The notes under the pieces are model-generated. The model ran no database searches, was not told the DNA's origin, and was given only the letters and a program-made list of their open reading frames with translations. DNA of 64,000 nucleotides from an uncultured Candidatus Saccharibacteria bacterium. Lineage in GTDB: Bacteria > Patescibacteriota > Saccharimonadia > Saccharimonadales > UBA10212. Below are positions 1 to 8,484 of the stretch, piece after piece. The first letter of the stretch is position 1. The number at the start of each line of letters is the position of its first letter. The DNA is taken from positions 2,504-66,503 of the forward strand of contig CAYWQH010000005.1 of NCBI GenBank assembly GCA_964460855.1, in the 5' to 3' direction. The translations under genes and the position numbers were made by a program.

Positions 1-233
1 AATTCAGCCTCGGTTATGCCCTTTTCGAGGGTATGCTGAGGTGTGATGCCGGTTATTAAAACGGCGTCGGGCTGCGGCAATATGTCGTCTGAGAGCTTAA
101 TTAAAAAACTGTCCGGCTCGCCAATGCGGTTAAAGCTGGCGTCGGTGCGCTGGCCGGCAAATTGCATTATGCGGTCGGAGCGCGGGTTTACGCCGGTGGT
201 TTCGACATCGTAAAAATAAAAAGTTTGTGCCAT
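1..233 (-). CDS. sbcB: Exodeoxyribonuclease I, N-terminal fragment; the gene runs off the window start
   Basis: Not in the ORF track because it is truncated. Reverse translation from the ATG at 231-233 gives MAQTFYFYDVETTGVNPRSDRIMQFAGQRTDASFNRIGEPDSFLIKLSDDILPQPDAVLITGITPQHTLEKG. This follows the ExoI N-terminal pattern (YDxET..P..DR..QFA..RTD..IGEP..LPQP.AVLITGITPQ). Confidence 0.8.
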   Translation of the reverse strand, partial: MAQTFYFYDVETTGVNPRSDRIMQFAGQRTDASFNRIGEPDSFLIKLSDDILPQPDAVLITGITPQHTLEKGITEAE

Positions 234-238
234 ATTGT

Positions 239-1519
239 TTAATATTCGATCGAGCCCCTGGGCGGCGAGCCGATTGTGACGGTGTCGCCGGGCTCGACGC
301 CGCGGCGGCGCAGCTCCCGCATTATGCCCATTTTGCGCATAATATCGCGCAGCCGCTGCTCGGCCGCTTCGTTGCCAAAATGGGTGCGGTCGGCAAAACG
401 CTCGATCTTATTGCCTTTTACAATATATGCTTTACCGTTTTGCTCTACAAACCAATGGTCCGGGTTTTCTTTTAGGGTAATAACCGGCGGTTTTTTAGTT
501 TTCTTGGCCTTAGCTTTGGCTGCCTTTTGGGTTCGTTGGACGATTTTAAGAACTTCGCGAAGCAGCGGCTTTAAGCCGTCGCCGCTTTGGGCTGAAACGG
601 CAGTAAGCAATGTATTTTTAGGAAGCAGCGGCTTTAGTTTGGATTCTATATCGGCAATAATTTCGGCGTCCAGGCCTTCGGTTTTAGACAACGCTACTAT
701 CTGGGGGCGGCGGCTTAAATCCACTTTATAGTCTTTAAGTTCTTTCATAATTGTTTTGTAGGCCGATTCGACATCTTCTTGGTAGGCATCAATTAAGTGC
801 ACCAGCACGCTGGTGCGCTCGACGTGGCGTAAAAATTCGTCGCCCAGGCCTTTGCCTTGGCTGGCGCCTTCTATTAAACCGGGAATGTCGGCGAACAGTA
901 AGCTGTGTTTTTTATCGATATCCACGACGCCGAGGTTTGGCTGTAGAGTTGTAAACGGATAATTGGCGATTTCCGGGTGGGCATTGCTAACCACGCTTAA
1001 CAAAGTAGATTTGCCGGCGTTGGGCAAGCCGACCAAGCCGACATCGGCAATCATTTTAAGCTCAAAAACCAGGTCCAGTTGGTCGCCTTTTTCGCCTTTT
1101 TCGGCTACCCGCGGTGCCTGGCGGCGCGAACTCACAAAGTGGGCATTGCCAAAGCCGCCCTTGCCGCCTTTGGCGATAACCGCTTGCTGCCCATCTGTAT
1201 CCAGGTCGGCCAAGGCTTGGCCTTCGGAGTTAAACACCACCGTACCAACAGGCACATTTACGATTAAATCCTGGCCGCTTTTGCCGTGGCGCTTGGCTTT
1301 ACTGCCCGCCTCGCCGTTTTGGGCGTGAAGCTGCTTTTGGTAGCGGAAATCGGCCAGTGTATTTTCATTTCGGCTGGCCTGCAAAATAACGTTACCGCCG
1401 TTTCCGCCGTCGCCGCCGTCGGGGCCGCCCATTTCGCGGAATTTTTCGTGGCGAAAACTAACAACACCATTTCCGCCGTCGCCGGCTTGGACTTTAACCT
1501 GTACTTTATCTACAAACAT
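239..1519 (-). CDS. obg: GTPase Obg/CgtA
   Basis: 426 aa. Glycine-rich Obg fold (GDGGNGVVSF, GGPDGGDGGNGGNV); G1 GLPNAGKST; G3 DIPGLIEGA. Confidence 0.95.
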   Translation of the reverse strand: MFVDKVQVKVQAGDGGNGVVSFRHEKFREMGGPDGGDGGNGGNVILQASRNENTLADFRYQKQLHAQNGEAGSKAKRHGKSGQDLIVNVPVGTVVFNSEGQALADLDTDGQQAVIAKGGKGGFGNAHFVSSRRQAPRVAEKGEKGDQLDLVFELKMIADVGLVGLPNAGKSTLLSVVSNAHPEIANYPFTTLQPNLGVVDIDKKHSLLFADIPGLIEGASQGKGLGDEFLRHVERTSVLVHLIDAYQEDVESAYKTIMKELKDYKVDLSRRPQIVALSKTEGLDAEIIADIESKLKPLLPKNTLLTAVSAQSGDGLKPLLREVLKIVQRTQKAAKAKAKKTKKPPVITLKENPDHWFVEQNGKAYIVKGNKIERFADRTHFGNEAAEQRLRDIMRKMGIMRELRRRGVEPGDTVTIGSPPRGSIEY

Positions 1520-1612
1520 ATATTTAGATTATAGTTGATTACCCCTGGTTATTAGAAACTATTTTTAATAACTAGCAAATAATTGTAGAAAAATACGCTC
1601 TTAACGAAAGTA

Positions 1613-1641
1613 TTGACTATTATGTGCTTATGTTGTATTAT
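1613..1641 (+). promoter_or_regulatory. sigma70-like promoter of GC-rich island 1
   Basis: TTGACT (1613-1618), 17 bp spacer, TATTAT (1636-1641), in AT-rich DNA directly before the GC-rich block. Confidence 0.5.
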
Positions 1642-1760
1642 AACTTTGAATCACCCCGCGTGATGGCCGCCCTGCGACTCAGAGGCGGCAGCGAGCTCGG
1701 TCGCATACCGAGTAGTCGTGTCGGATTCCCCGACACGCAGCCGACCCGCAAGGAGGTACG

Positions 1761-1877
1761 ATGCACCACGCCGACCAGCGCGGCTCGCCGAAGCCGGTGA
1801 GCCACCCGAAACAGTGGACGCATTCGATGACGTGCGCGACGCCGTTCGACGGCGCTCTCCAGACCGACTCGACCTGA
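1761..1877 (+). CDS. Small ORF (38 codons) in GC-rich island 1, unknown function
   Basis: AGGAGG at 1751-1756, 4 nt before the ATG. 35 of 38 third-codon positions are G/C by hand count. Peptide MHHADQRGSPKPVSHPKQWTHSMTCATPFDGALQTDST. Below the ORF-track size cut-off. The same frame stays open and moderately GC3-rich after the TGA. Confidence 0.3.
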   Translation: MHHADQRGSPKPVSHPKQWTHSMTCATPFDGALQTDST

Positions 1878-1973
1878 ACCGCCGGCGCCGCCGGCCGAGC
1901 CAGCAGTGAACACCCTCCACTGAACCAAGTGGACTCACCAACGTTCATTGCCCCCGGCCGGCTGCACAACCAA

Positions 1974-2033
1974 GCGCCCCCCGTCACTTCGACGGGGGGC
2001 GCGCCCCTAACTTAGCCCAACAGGGCTTTTTTT
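1974..2033 (+). terminator. Tandem hairpins ending island 1
   Basis: Perfect 12-bp stem gcgccccccgtc/gacggggggcgc (1974-1985 / 1991-2002). It is followed by gccc-aaca-gggc (2015-2026) and a T7 run (2027-2033). Confidence 0.6.
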
Positions 2034-2034
2034 A

Positions 2035-3129
2035 TTAATAAATGAAGTAGTAGCCGCCCAAGGCGCTAGCGGGTATAACCCGGGTGCTGGTAACGCCCCA
2101 GCCCACGGTGTTCATTTCGGATACTTTAAAACTGCCGTCTGGGAATACTGCTTCTACATAAGCTACATGGCCGAAGTAATCGTGGGGCACGCTCCAGGCT
2201 ACGGCGCCTACTTGCGGCGTCGGGCCGGTAGGCAATCCCGCCCGCTGGGCCAGGATCTTCCAGGTGCTGGCATTACCTAAGTTACTGGGTATCGGATGGC
2301 CGGTAGCCGCCCGCTTATAAGCCACATACCAAGTACAGTAGCCGTAATCATAACCATTGCTGCCGTAAATCGGCGAGTATCCGCCCCACGCAAAACCGGA
2401 GCCTATTGAGGCAACGGCACGGGGCGTAGGTACGGTACCGTTAGGGATCCAAACCTGGCCGCCAACCGGCAGCTGGCCGGATTCGGCGTCGTTAACCACT
2501 ACGAATAGGCCTTTGTCGGACTGGTATTTATTTACGATGCTATCAACCGTATCGCCCGATTTTACGGTGTATACGATGCCGTTAGCCGGGGGAATAAATA
2601 CGTCTTTGCCGGGGTCTATCTTATCTGTGGTCAGGTTTGTATTGGACCATTTAATACTTTGGACGCTAACGTTAAATTTGGCGGCCAAACTAGTAATAGT
2701 ATCGCCGTTTTGGGTGCGGTAGCGGATAATGTCTTTTTTAGACTTTTGGGTGGTGCTGACAATTTGGGGCTTGGCCACAATGCTGTCGTCGCTGGGCACG
2801 ATTGCCAGCTGGGCATTCTCGGAATCGGCCTGGTTGCGCACGGCGGTAGTTTCCGGTAAGTGTACCATTTGGGCCGTTTGCACGGCTATTTCGGCCGAAC
2901 TTAGTTGGTCTAGCGGGTTCTGGGTTTCGCTGAGCGATGCAACCGCCCCCTGAACGGAATTCTGGCGGACCGATTGGCTGGCCGAGCGGTTATTAAACAC
3001 AAAAAAGCCGACAACAAGCAGTAGCGTTATGTTGCCGATAACTAAGCTGGTTCGGATTAACCGGCGTTTGGAACGCTTTTTTAGCTTAGGCAGTGATGGG
3101 ACGCTTTTGCGCCCTTTAGTAAAATTCAT
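2035..3129 (-). CDS. Membrane-anchored LysM / CHAP peptidoglycan hydrolase
   Basis: 364 aa. N-terminal TM; two LysM-like repeats (YRTQNGDTITSLAAKFNVSVQSI, YTVKSGDTVDSIVNKY); C-terminal CHAP-like module (GYCTWYVAYK ... GHVAYVE). Confidence 0.8.
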   Translation of the reverse strand: MNFTKGRKSVPSLPKLKKRSKRRLIRTSLVIGNITLLLVVGFFVFNNRSASQSVRQNSVQGAVASLSETQNPLDQLSSAEIAVQTAQMVHLPETTAVRNQADSENAQLAIVPSDDSIVAKPQIVSTTQKSKKDIIRYRTQNGDTITSLAAKFNVSVQSIKWSNTNLTTDKIDPGKDVFIPPANGIVYTVKSGDTVDSIVNKYQSDKGLFVVVNDAESGQLPVGGQVWIPNGTVPTPRAVASIGSGFAWGGYSPIYGSNGYDYGYCTWYVAYKRAATGHPIPSNLGNASTWKILAQRAGLPTGPTPQVGAVAWSVPHDYFGHVAYVEAVFPDGSFKVSEMNTVGWGVTSTRVIPASALGGYYFIY

Positions 3130-3295
3130 ATGTAACAGTTACGAAACACTTAAAATAAGCATTTCGCCGGCATAATTGTACCAAAATAGGCATTAATAGG
3201 CAACTTGTGGAAGACTTTGCCACCCCTGTTATCAAATAAAAATTACACCTATCAGTTAACATTTGATGCTGATCTGTCAAATAAGTGCAAATTTC

Positions 3296-3397
3296 AGCGA
3301 TCAACTATCAATTCACAACAAATTTTCAATTATCAACGTGCAACTAAAATTGAACGCTGAACGTTTGTTGAACGCTGATAGTTGTGAATTGAAAGTT
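3296..3397. repeat. Intergenic repeat family, copy 1 (abuts the mltG stop)
   Basis: Contains gcgatcaactatca (3297-3310), caacaaattttcaattatca (3316-3335) and ttgaacgctga twice (3350-3360, 3368-3378). Also a 12-bp inverted repeat tcaattcacaac/gttgtgaattga. The words are shared with copies at 34200-34426 and 38487-38675. Confidence 0.6.
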
Positions 3398-4453
3398 TTA
3401 CTGACACAGTTCGTGGCAGTATTTAGCAACGGCCGCTTCGTGTTCGGCCTGGGTATGCGTAAAGTGGGTAACGCCGTCGTCGCCCGATACAAAGAACAAA
3501 TAGTCGGTGTTGGCCGGGTTGGCCACGGCTTCTAAAGAAGTGCTGGATATAGTGCCGATCGGGCCCGGCGGCAAGCCTTTGGCCGTATGGGTGTTGTACG
3601 GTGAATCGACCGTTAAGCTGCCCGGTTTGCCGGCCAGCACGCCGGCATAATAAGCCGTTACGTCCGAACCCAGCGGAATCCCCTGGCGCAGCCGGCTCAA
3701 AAATACCTGGGCGACAATCGGCCGGTCATTTATATTGGCTACTTCTTGTTCGACGATAGATGCCAAAGTTACGCACTGGTATATCGATAGCTTCTGGTTG
3801 GCGCAGCCAGCTTTAATATCGGGAGTCAGGTGTTTGTTCATTTCGGCCAGCGAAGCAGTAACTATCGTACTAAGCGGCGTGTCGTCGGCCTTGTCGTACG
3901 AATCGGGGTATAAAAAGCCTTCTAGCGTAGCCGTTTTGGGCAAATAAATCAGCGCCGGGCTGTTGGGGTAATTGGCCGGTTTGAGGGCTTCGTTTATTTG
4001 CTGCTGGCTAAAGCCGGCTTCTAGGAACTGCTTGTTGAGCTGGTCCGGCAGCCGCTTGCCGGGCAAAATGGTAAATAAATTGCGGGCTATGTCACCTTTA
4101 ACCATCTTATCTACTATCTCCTTGGTGCTCATGGCCGGGTCTAAAGTATAGGTACCCGCTATTAGTTTATCGCGGACTTCCTGGTCGCGGATGTACCACT
4201 CAAATGCTTTGGAACTGCGGATAAGTTTGGCGTTTTGTAAATTTTTGCCAATTTGCTTGGCGCTGGTGCCTTTTTCGACGGTGAAATATACGATTTTAGT
4301 GCTGTCGCTTACCGGCTGTAGGCTGTTTTCGTACTGGTGGCGGATAAACCAGGTAATTAACAAAAATGCCGCGCCCACCCCCACTAGGATAATGACGCCC
4401 ATGCTTAGTAACGGCCTTCGCCGTGAAGGCCGGCGGTTGAACCGGTATTTCAT
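3398..4453 (-). CDS. mltG: Endolytic murein transglycosylase MltG (YceG family)
   Basis: N-terminal TM; LASIVEQE, SDVTAYY, YNTH..GLPPGPI motifs. I chose the start at 4453 (MKYRFNRR) because it gives an ATGA overlap with the ruvX stop. The ORF track allows a start at 4471. Confidence 0.85.
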   Translation of the reverse strand: MKYRFNRRPSRRRPLLSMGVIILVGVGAAFLLITWFIRHQYENSLQPVSDSTKIVYFTVEKGTSAKQIGKNLQNAKLIRSSKAFEWYIRDQEVRDKLIAGTYTLDPAMSTKEIVDKMVKGDIARNLFTILPGKRLPDQLNKQFLEAGFSQQQINEALKPANYPNSPALIYLPKTATLEGFLYPDSYDKADDTPLSTIVTASLAEMNKHLTPDIKAGCANQKLSIYQCVTLASIVEQEVANINDRPIVAQVFLSRLRQGIPLGSDVTAYYAGVLAGKPGSLTVDSPYNTHTAKGLPPGPIGTISSTSLEAVANPANTDYLFFVSGDDGVTHFTHTQAEHEAAVAKYCHELCQ

Positions 4454-4860
4454 AAACGATAATCTTCCCATTTTGCCGGGTCCAGGCTTAAAAAATCACC
4501 CAAAATTATGGCCGCCGCTTCGGCGTCCGGCCCGGCGGCTGAGCGCGGCTGCTGCTCGGCCAATTGGGTGGTAGCGGCTTCGTCCTGCCAGTAAAGCGGA
4601 ACGTTTACGGATTGTTTGAAAGCCTCAGCCCACTGGCGGACCCAAGCCGTTTGGCCGGTGTCCTGGCCCTGTAAGTTGCGGGGCAAGCCAATAACAATGG
4701 CGCTGGCCGAGTGGTCTTTAACTAACTGGCCGGCTATTGCCGGGAGTTGGCTGGTCGGTATAGTGCTGAGCGGTTCGGGAATTTTAGCGACGGTGCTAGC
4801 CCGGGCTAGCCCGGTGCGCTGCTGGCCTACATCCAGTGCCAGTAGCTGCTTAGCCTCCAC
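4450..4860 (-). CDS. ruvX: YqgF/RuvX-type putative pre-16S rRNA nuclease / Holliday junction resolvase-like
   Basis: 136 aa. LALDVGQQRTGLA and IVIGLPRNLQGQDT motifs. Confidence 0.85.
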   Translation of the reverse strand: MEAKQLLALDVGQQRTGLARASTVAKIPEPLSTIPTSQLPAIAGQLVKDHSASAIVIGLPRNLQGQDTGQTAWVRQWAEAFKQSVNVPLYWQDEAATTQLAEQQPRSAAGPDAEAAAIILGDFLSLDPAKWEDYRL

Positions 4861-6592
4861 CGCTTTGGCCTGCCGGTTGGGTTATAACCTTAATTTTGCT
4901 AGCGCTAGTCGGCACTTTGCTTACCCAGAACGGACTTAAGTTGACATCCACTTGCTTAATGCCCGGCCGTTTAGTAAGTTCGTCAGAAACGTCGCCGGTC
5001 TTTTTGCCGGCCACGGCTTTTTTGATTTCGTTATTATCGATAATTGGTACGGCAGCCGTGTCTTTATGGACCGTTATGGTGGCGTCGGTGTCTGATTTTT
5101 TATCGGTAACCCGCACAGTAGCTTTGTCCAAAACATCGCCGTCTTGCAGCTTTTGCTTGGACTTATCGATTTGCTTTTCGAGGTCGGCCTTAACGATTTT
5201 TTCGAGGTCGTCTTTTTTGACGGTCAATACCGAGTAGGTCACTTCTTCGGTAACGGTTACTTCGGCGCCTTCCTCGCCAACATTGGGCGATGTTGTCAGT
5301 TTCGGTTCACTAGTAGTCGAAGTTTCTTCGAATGCATATAATCCACTGTCTGCCAGCTGTTTTTTAAAGTCGTCGTTTGTATTGGTGTTTTTGTCAGCAA
5401 TTTTCTTTTTAACGGCATCAACATCGGCCTGGGCTACGACTTTGACAACCCGGCTAGTTCCACCATCAATTGCTGCAGAATTATTTGCCGCCAAATAGGA
5501 AAAGCCTGAGACAACAAAAGTCGTATTTTTAGGTAAGTTATATTGCGTACCGGGGTTTTGCGCCACTACATTAACACTAGCGCTCCAAAAATCGCTAAAT
5601 TTATCAAGATTACAATCCGTACCAGACAGTACTCTTTGCAAAGTTACAGATTGTTGCGTGATATACGTGAGGTTGTTATAGCTAACTCCCGTACCTGCTG
5701 AGATGGTCACAATATCGTGTGAGCAATCTTTCATATAAATAGTTACCGCACCGGTGGCTTTAGCCCCGAGGTCCTTGGATCCGGTGGCCGTAACTTTATC
5801 GGTATTGCTTTGCTTGAATGTTTTTACTTCGGAAGGCAGGATTTTATTTGCTTCGTCCAGGGTTTTTGCCTGCCCGGCAGTGGTGGCTTGTACGTTGGTG
5901 GTAACCGGCGTGCTGTCGGTTGTAATGGTAACCGTGGCTTTGGGCAGCACTTTAGTGGCTAAAAATAAGAATACGATTAGGGCTACGATGCCCAAGGCGC
6001 CTAAAACCATAAGCAAGCGGAAACGGTCAAAATCCGGTATGGCCAGTTTTTTATCTTTTTTAGGCTTTGGCTCTTTGGCTGCTTCGTCTTTGGCGTCGCC
6101 ATCGGCGGCATCGTCGTCGTCCAGATCGATAGTTTCGGTATCTTTATCATCGGCGGCTTTGGCGGCCACGGCAGCGGCAGTTAAGGCGCCGATTGGCGCG
6201 CCTTTATCGACGTAAGTTTCTTTGGGCGGATCGGGTTCGGGGGTTTCTTCGGCGGCCGCGTCGTCTACGTCGCTGACCTCATCGGGGGCGGCTTGGTCGG
6301 GCGCGGCTGGGATAGCTGGCTTACTTTGCAGGCTTTTGGCCACATGGATGCCGGCAATGCCGGCCAGCGGCAATAAACTGGCTTCGCTGGTAATCAGCAC
6401 CAGGTTCTTTTTAGAACTGTCAGCCGTGCCTTTAAGCAGCCGCATGTTTACTATGCTTTTAAGCGTATTGGTGCGCTTGGGCAACACCAGCGCCACGATC
6501 TTGTGGGGGCTGGCCTCCAGCTTATCGATAATCGCGGTTATGTCGTCTTCGGCGTCAACGTAGATGGTGTCTTTGTTTTTAGCGGCGGTCAT
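4850..6592 (-). CDS. Hypothetical bitopic membrane protein
   Basis: 580 aa. Conserved-looking N-terminal cytoplasmic domain, acidic Ala/Asp/Pro linker, single TM (LLMVLGALGIVALIVFLFLA), large Thr/Val-rich extracytoplasmic part. Overlaps ftsA-like (4 nt) and ruvX (11 nt). Confidence 0.6.
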   Translation of the reverse strand: MTAAKNKDTIYVDAEDDITAIIDKLEASPHKIVALVLPKRTNTLKSIVNMRLLKGTADSSKKNLVLITSEASLLPLAGIAGIHVAKSLQSKPAIPAAPDQAAPDEVSDVDDAAAEETPEPDPPKETYVDKGAPIGALTAAAVAAKAADDKDTETIDLDDDDAADGDAKDEAAKEPKPKKDKKLAIPDFDRFRLLMVLGALGIVALIVFLFLATKVLPKATVTITTDSTPVTTNVQATTAGQAKTLDEANKILPSEVKTFKQSNTDKVTATGSKDLGAKATGAVTIYMKDCSHDIVTISAGTGVSYNNLTYITQQSVTLQRVLSGTDCNLDKFSDFWSASVNVVAQNPGTQYNLPKNTTFVVSGFSYLAANNSAAIDGGTSRVVKVVAQADVDAVKKKIADKNTNTNDDFKKQLADSGLYAFEETSTTSEPKLTTSPNVGEEGAEVTVTEEVTYSVLTVKKDDLEKIVKADLEKQIDKSKQKLQDGDVLDKATVRVTDKKSDTDATITVHKDTAAVPIIDNNEIKKAVAGKKTGDVSDELTKRPGIKQVDVNLSPFWVSKVPTSASKIKVITQPAGQSGGG

Positions 6593-7899
6593 ACCCTAAG
6601 CATCCTATTGAGTTTATCTTTGACTTTAGACGGCTCATCGTCGGTTACCCCGGGCTGTTCGATGGTATCCATACCAACCCTTAGCAGGCCCATGGCCGTA
6701 ATATAGGTGTGGTCGCTGACATCGCCGGTGGCATCGGTAATGCCAACCACTTGGTCGGGGTTGATGTGCTGCACCAGCGGTTTGCGGGTAAAAGCCGCGT
6801 TGCGGTGCCAGTCACTTTCGCTTAATCGCCGCATTAATAAATCTAAGCTGGAGCCGCCGCCGCACAATAAAATATGGTTTGGCAGGTGGTCGAGTTTAGT
6901 GAACTCGCCCAGGGCTAGCTCTACGCCATGCATCCAAACTTTTAGGGTTTTATCGAGGGCTGTTTCGATGGTTTCAATTTTGTTATGCGGCACCCGATTA
7001 GTGCTGAGCCCCACTTTTAAAGCTTCGGCTTTGTCGAAATCGGTATCCAGTTCGCGCTCGATGCTGCGGGTAAAGGCCCGGCCGCCAATGCCGAACATTT
7101 TTGTGCCTTCCACGCCGCCTTCATTAACGATAGCGATGTCGGTTGTGCCGCCGCCGACGTCCATTAATATGGCGCTCATGTTTTGGTTGGGGTCGTTGCC
7201 GATTACCGAACGGGCCACGGCGAACGGTTCGGCCGCAACGGCCAATAACTCAAGGTCAAGCTCAGCAGCCGTTCGCTCCAGCGCCCCAATGTGGATCATC
7301 GGCGCGAATGCCGTATAAAGTTCGACTAAAACGTTTTTGCCCTGGAAGCCTACCGGGTTGGTGACTTTATATCCATCAATATCAATGCGGACCAAAGCGC
7401 TGTTAACCAGCCTAACCTCTACCTCTTTGCCGCCCAGCTCCCAGGCTAGCTCTTTGCGGGCGGTAGCTTCGGCTTTTTGCTGTACCAAGCCAATTATTTT
7501 TTGGACTTCGGCGATGTCTAATTCTTTGGTGGGGTTCTTACGGTTGAAACGGACCGTGGTTGTAGTGCCTTTAACCAGCTCACCGGCAATGCCGATAATT
7601 GCTGTTCGGGCGCTAACGCCAGCTTGCTGTTCGGCTTCGGTTAAAGCCCGGTCGCAATTTTGGACCACGCCGGCAATATCAGAAATAGCGCCGGCTTGCA
7701 TGTCGGTTAATTCCTGGTGCGCGCGGCCTACGCCAATAACTTCTACTTCGTCGCCCACTACTCGGCCAACCAGAGCTTTGACAAACTCGGTTCCGATATC
7801 CAGGGCAACCATGTATTTTTCGAGCGGCGCGCCGCCTTTGGCCTCGCCCTTGCCCGCGGGCAAATTCGAAGCCAATGATTTAACTTTTCCAAGAAGCAT
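6589..7899 (-). CDS. ftsA: Actin-fold ATPase, FtsA-like cell division protein
   Basis: 436 aa. ALDIGTEFVKALVG, DVGGGTTDIAIV and LCGGGS phosphate/adenosine motifs; short basic amphipathic C-terminus. Confidence 0.7.
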   Translation of the reverse strand: MLLGKVKSLASNLPAGKGEAKGGAPLEKYMVALDIGTEFVKALVGRVVGDEVEVIGVGRAHQELTDMQAGAISDIAGVVQNCDRALTEAEQQAGVSARTAIIGIAGELVKGTTTTVRFNRKNPTKELDIAEVQKIIGLVQQKAEATARKELAWELGGKEVEVRLVNSALVRIDIDGYKVTNPVGFQGKNVLVELYTAFAPMIHIGALERTAAELDLELLAVAAEPFAVARSVIGNDPNQNMSAILMDVGGGTTDIAIVNEGGVEGTKMFGIGGRAFTRSIERELDTDFDKAEALKVGLSTNRVPHNKIETIETALDKTLKVWMHGVELALGEFTKLDHLPNHILLCGGGSSLDLLMRRLSESDWHRNAAFTRKPLVQHINPDQVVGITDATGDVSDHTYITAMGLLRVGMDTIEQPGVTDDEPSKVKDKLNRMLRV

Positions 7900-7953
7900 A
7901 ATCAGATTAATTGTACCATAAGAAAGCCTGTAAATTGGCTGAATAGCTATTGA

Positions 7954-7982
7954 TTGACACCTTAATTTCCTTAAGGTAATAT
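7954..7982 (+). promoter_or_regulatory. sigma70-like promoter of cassette 2a with a spacer palindrome
   Basis: TTGACA (7954-7959), 17 bp, TAATAT (7977-7982). The spacer is the palindrome accttaa-tttcc-ttaaggt (7959-7977). Confidence 0.5.
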
Positions 7983-8014
7983 TTAGCGATTCGTTCCCGA
8001 CACAAGGAGGAGCA

Positions 8015-8263
8015 GTGCTCGCCGATACCAGTTTGGCGTTCCGTACCTACCGGATCTATGGCGAGATCCGGGCGGACGGCACCCACATCGGCACGATGTC
8101 CGCCTGCAACGGCTTGCATCACGCGCTCTGCCGAACGGAGCAGACGTGGCGCGATGGCCAGATCATCGGCGCTACGCCACTCGGCCTCGAGATTCTCGGT
8201 GGGTGCGATGGCAACTGCGCCGACGGCCTCACCCAGAATGGTGGCATCCGCTTCGCGCTGTGA
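8015..8263 (+). CDS. Small GC-rich ORF (82 aa), unknown function (cassette 2a)
   Basis: AAGGAGG at 8004-8010, GTG start at 8015. 68 of 82 third positions are G/C by hand count, clearly more than in the other frames. No family recognised. Confidence 0.55.
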   Translation: MLADTSLAFRTYRIYGEIRADGTHIGTMSACNGLHHALCRTEQTWRDGQIIGATPLGLEILGGCDGNCADGLTQNGGIRFAL

Positions 8264-8271
8264 CGAACGAC

Positions 8272-8295
8272 GGCCCCCGGCGAAAGCTGGGGGCC
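8272..8295 (+). terminator. GC hairpin after the cassette 2a ORF
   Basis: ggcccccggc-GAAA-gctgggggcc: 10-bp stem (one G-U pair) with a GNRA loop. No U-tract follows. Confidence 0.4.
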
Positions 8296-8332
8296 AAAAC
8301 ATTACCACCTCTGTTAAATAACAATAATATAC

Positions 8333-8361
8333 TTGACATTATTAAGCTTAAGCTGTATAAT
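8333..8361 (+). promoter_or_regulatory. sigma70 consensus promoter of cassette 2b
   Basis: TTGACA (8333-8338), 17 bp, TATAAT (8356-8361). The spacer contains the perfect 10-bp palindrome ttaagcttaa (8342-8351). Confidence 0.55.
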
Positions 8362-8484
8362 ATACCAGTTCAATCAAGAGGTTGGACGTACCTTAAGGCA
8401 AGAGAGTACCTCAGGCGTTCATTATTCAGTAAAGCGTTTTACTGCGTTATGAACGTCTGAAAACAACCGATCGAAAGGAAGATC

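Noticed and set aside
1875-1877. Genome-wide UGA recoding (code 4/25) to explain the in-frame TGA
   Set aside because: TGA is used as a genuine stop by well-supported genes in this window, for example the ruvX ATGA junction with mltG and the stops at 8263 and 35883. Standard code 11 fits all conserved proteins at full length.
1638-1987. Three overlapping minus-strand ORFs (96, 96 and 102 aa) and the plus-strand 63-aa ORF 1718..1909 in GC-rich island 1
   Set aside because: Their products are Arg/Trp/Cys-rich, which is typical of off-frame reading of GC-rich DNA. None has an SD or promoter. The 102-aa frame starts inside the terminator hairpin. It shares third-codon positions with the plus-strand frame, so GC3 alone cannot separate them, but all expression signals point to the plus strand.
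1646-2010. Island 1 as RNase P RNA, tmRNA, 6S RNA or a known riboswitch (ydaO, cobalamin)
   Set aside because: The conserved cores I can recall are missing: GGAAAGUCCGG and ACAGAACCCGGCUUA for RNase P, the tRNA-like ends for tmRNA, and the B12 box in a proper context. An Infernal scan is still needed.
7907-8321. Alternative ORFs in cassette 2a (minus 133 aa; plus 87 aa and 104 aa)
   Set aside because: These frames have lower GC3 than the 8015..8263 frame and no SD. The minus-strand ORF runs out into the AT-rich promoter DNA.
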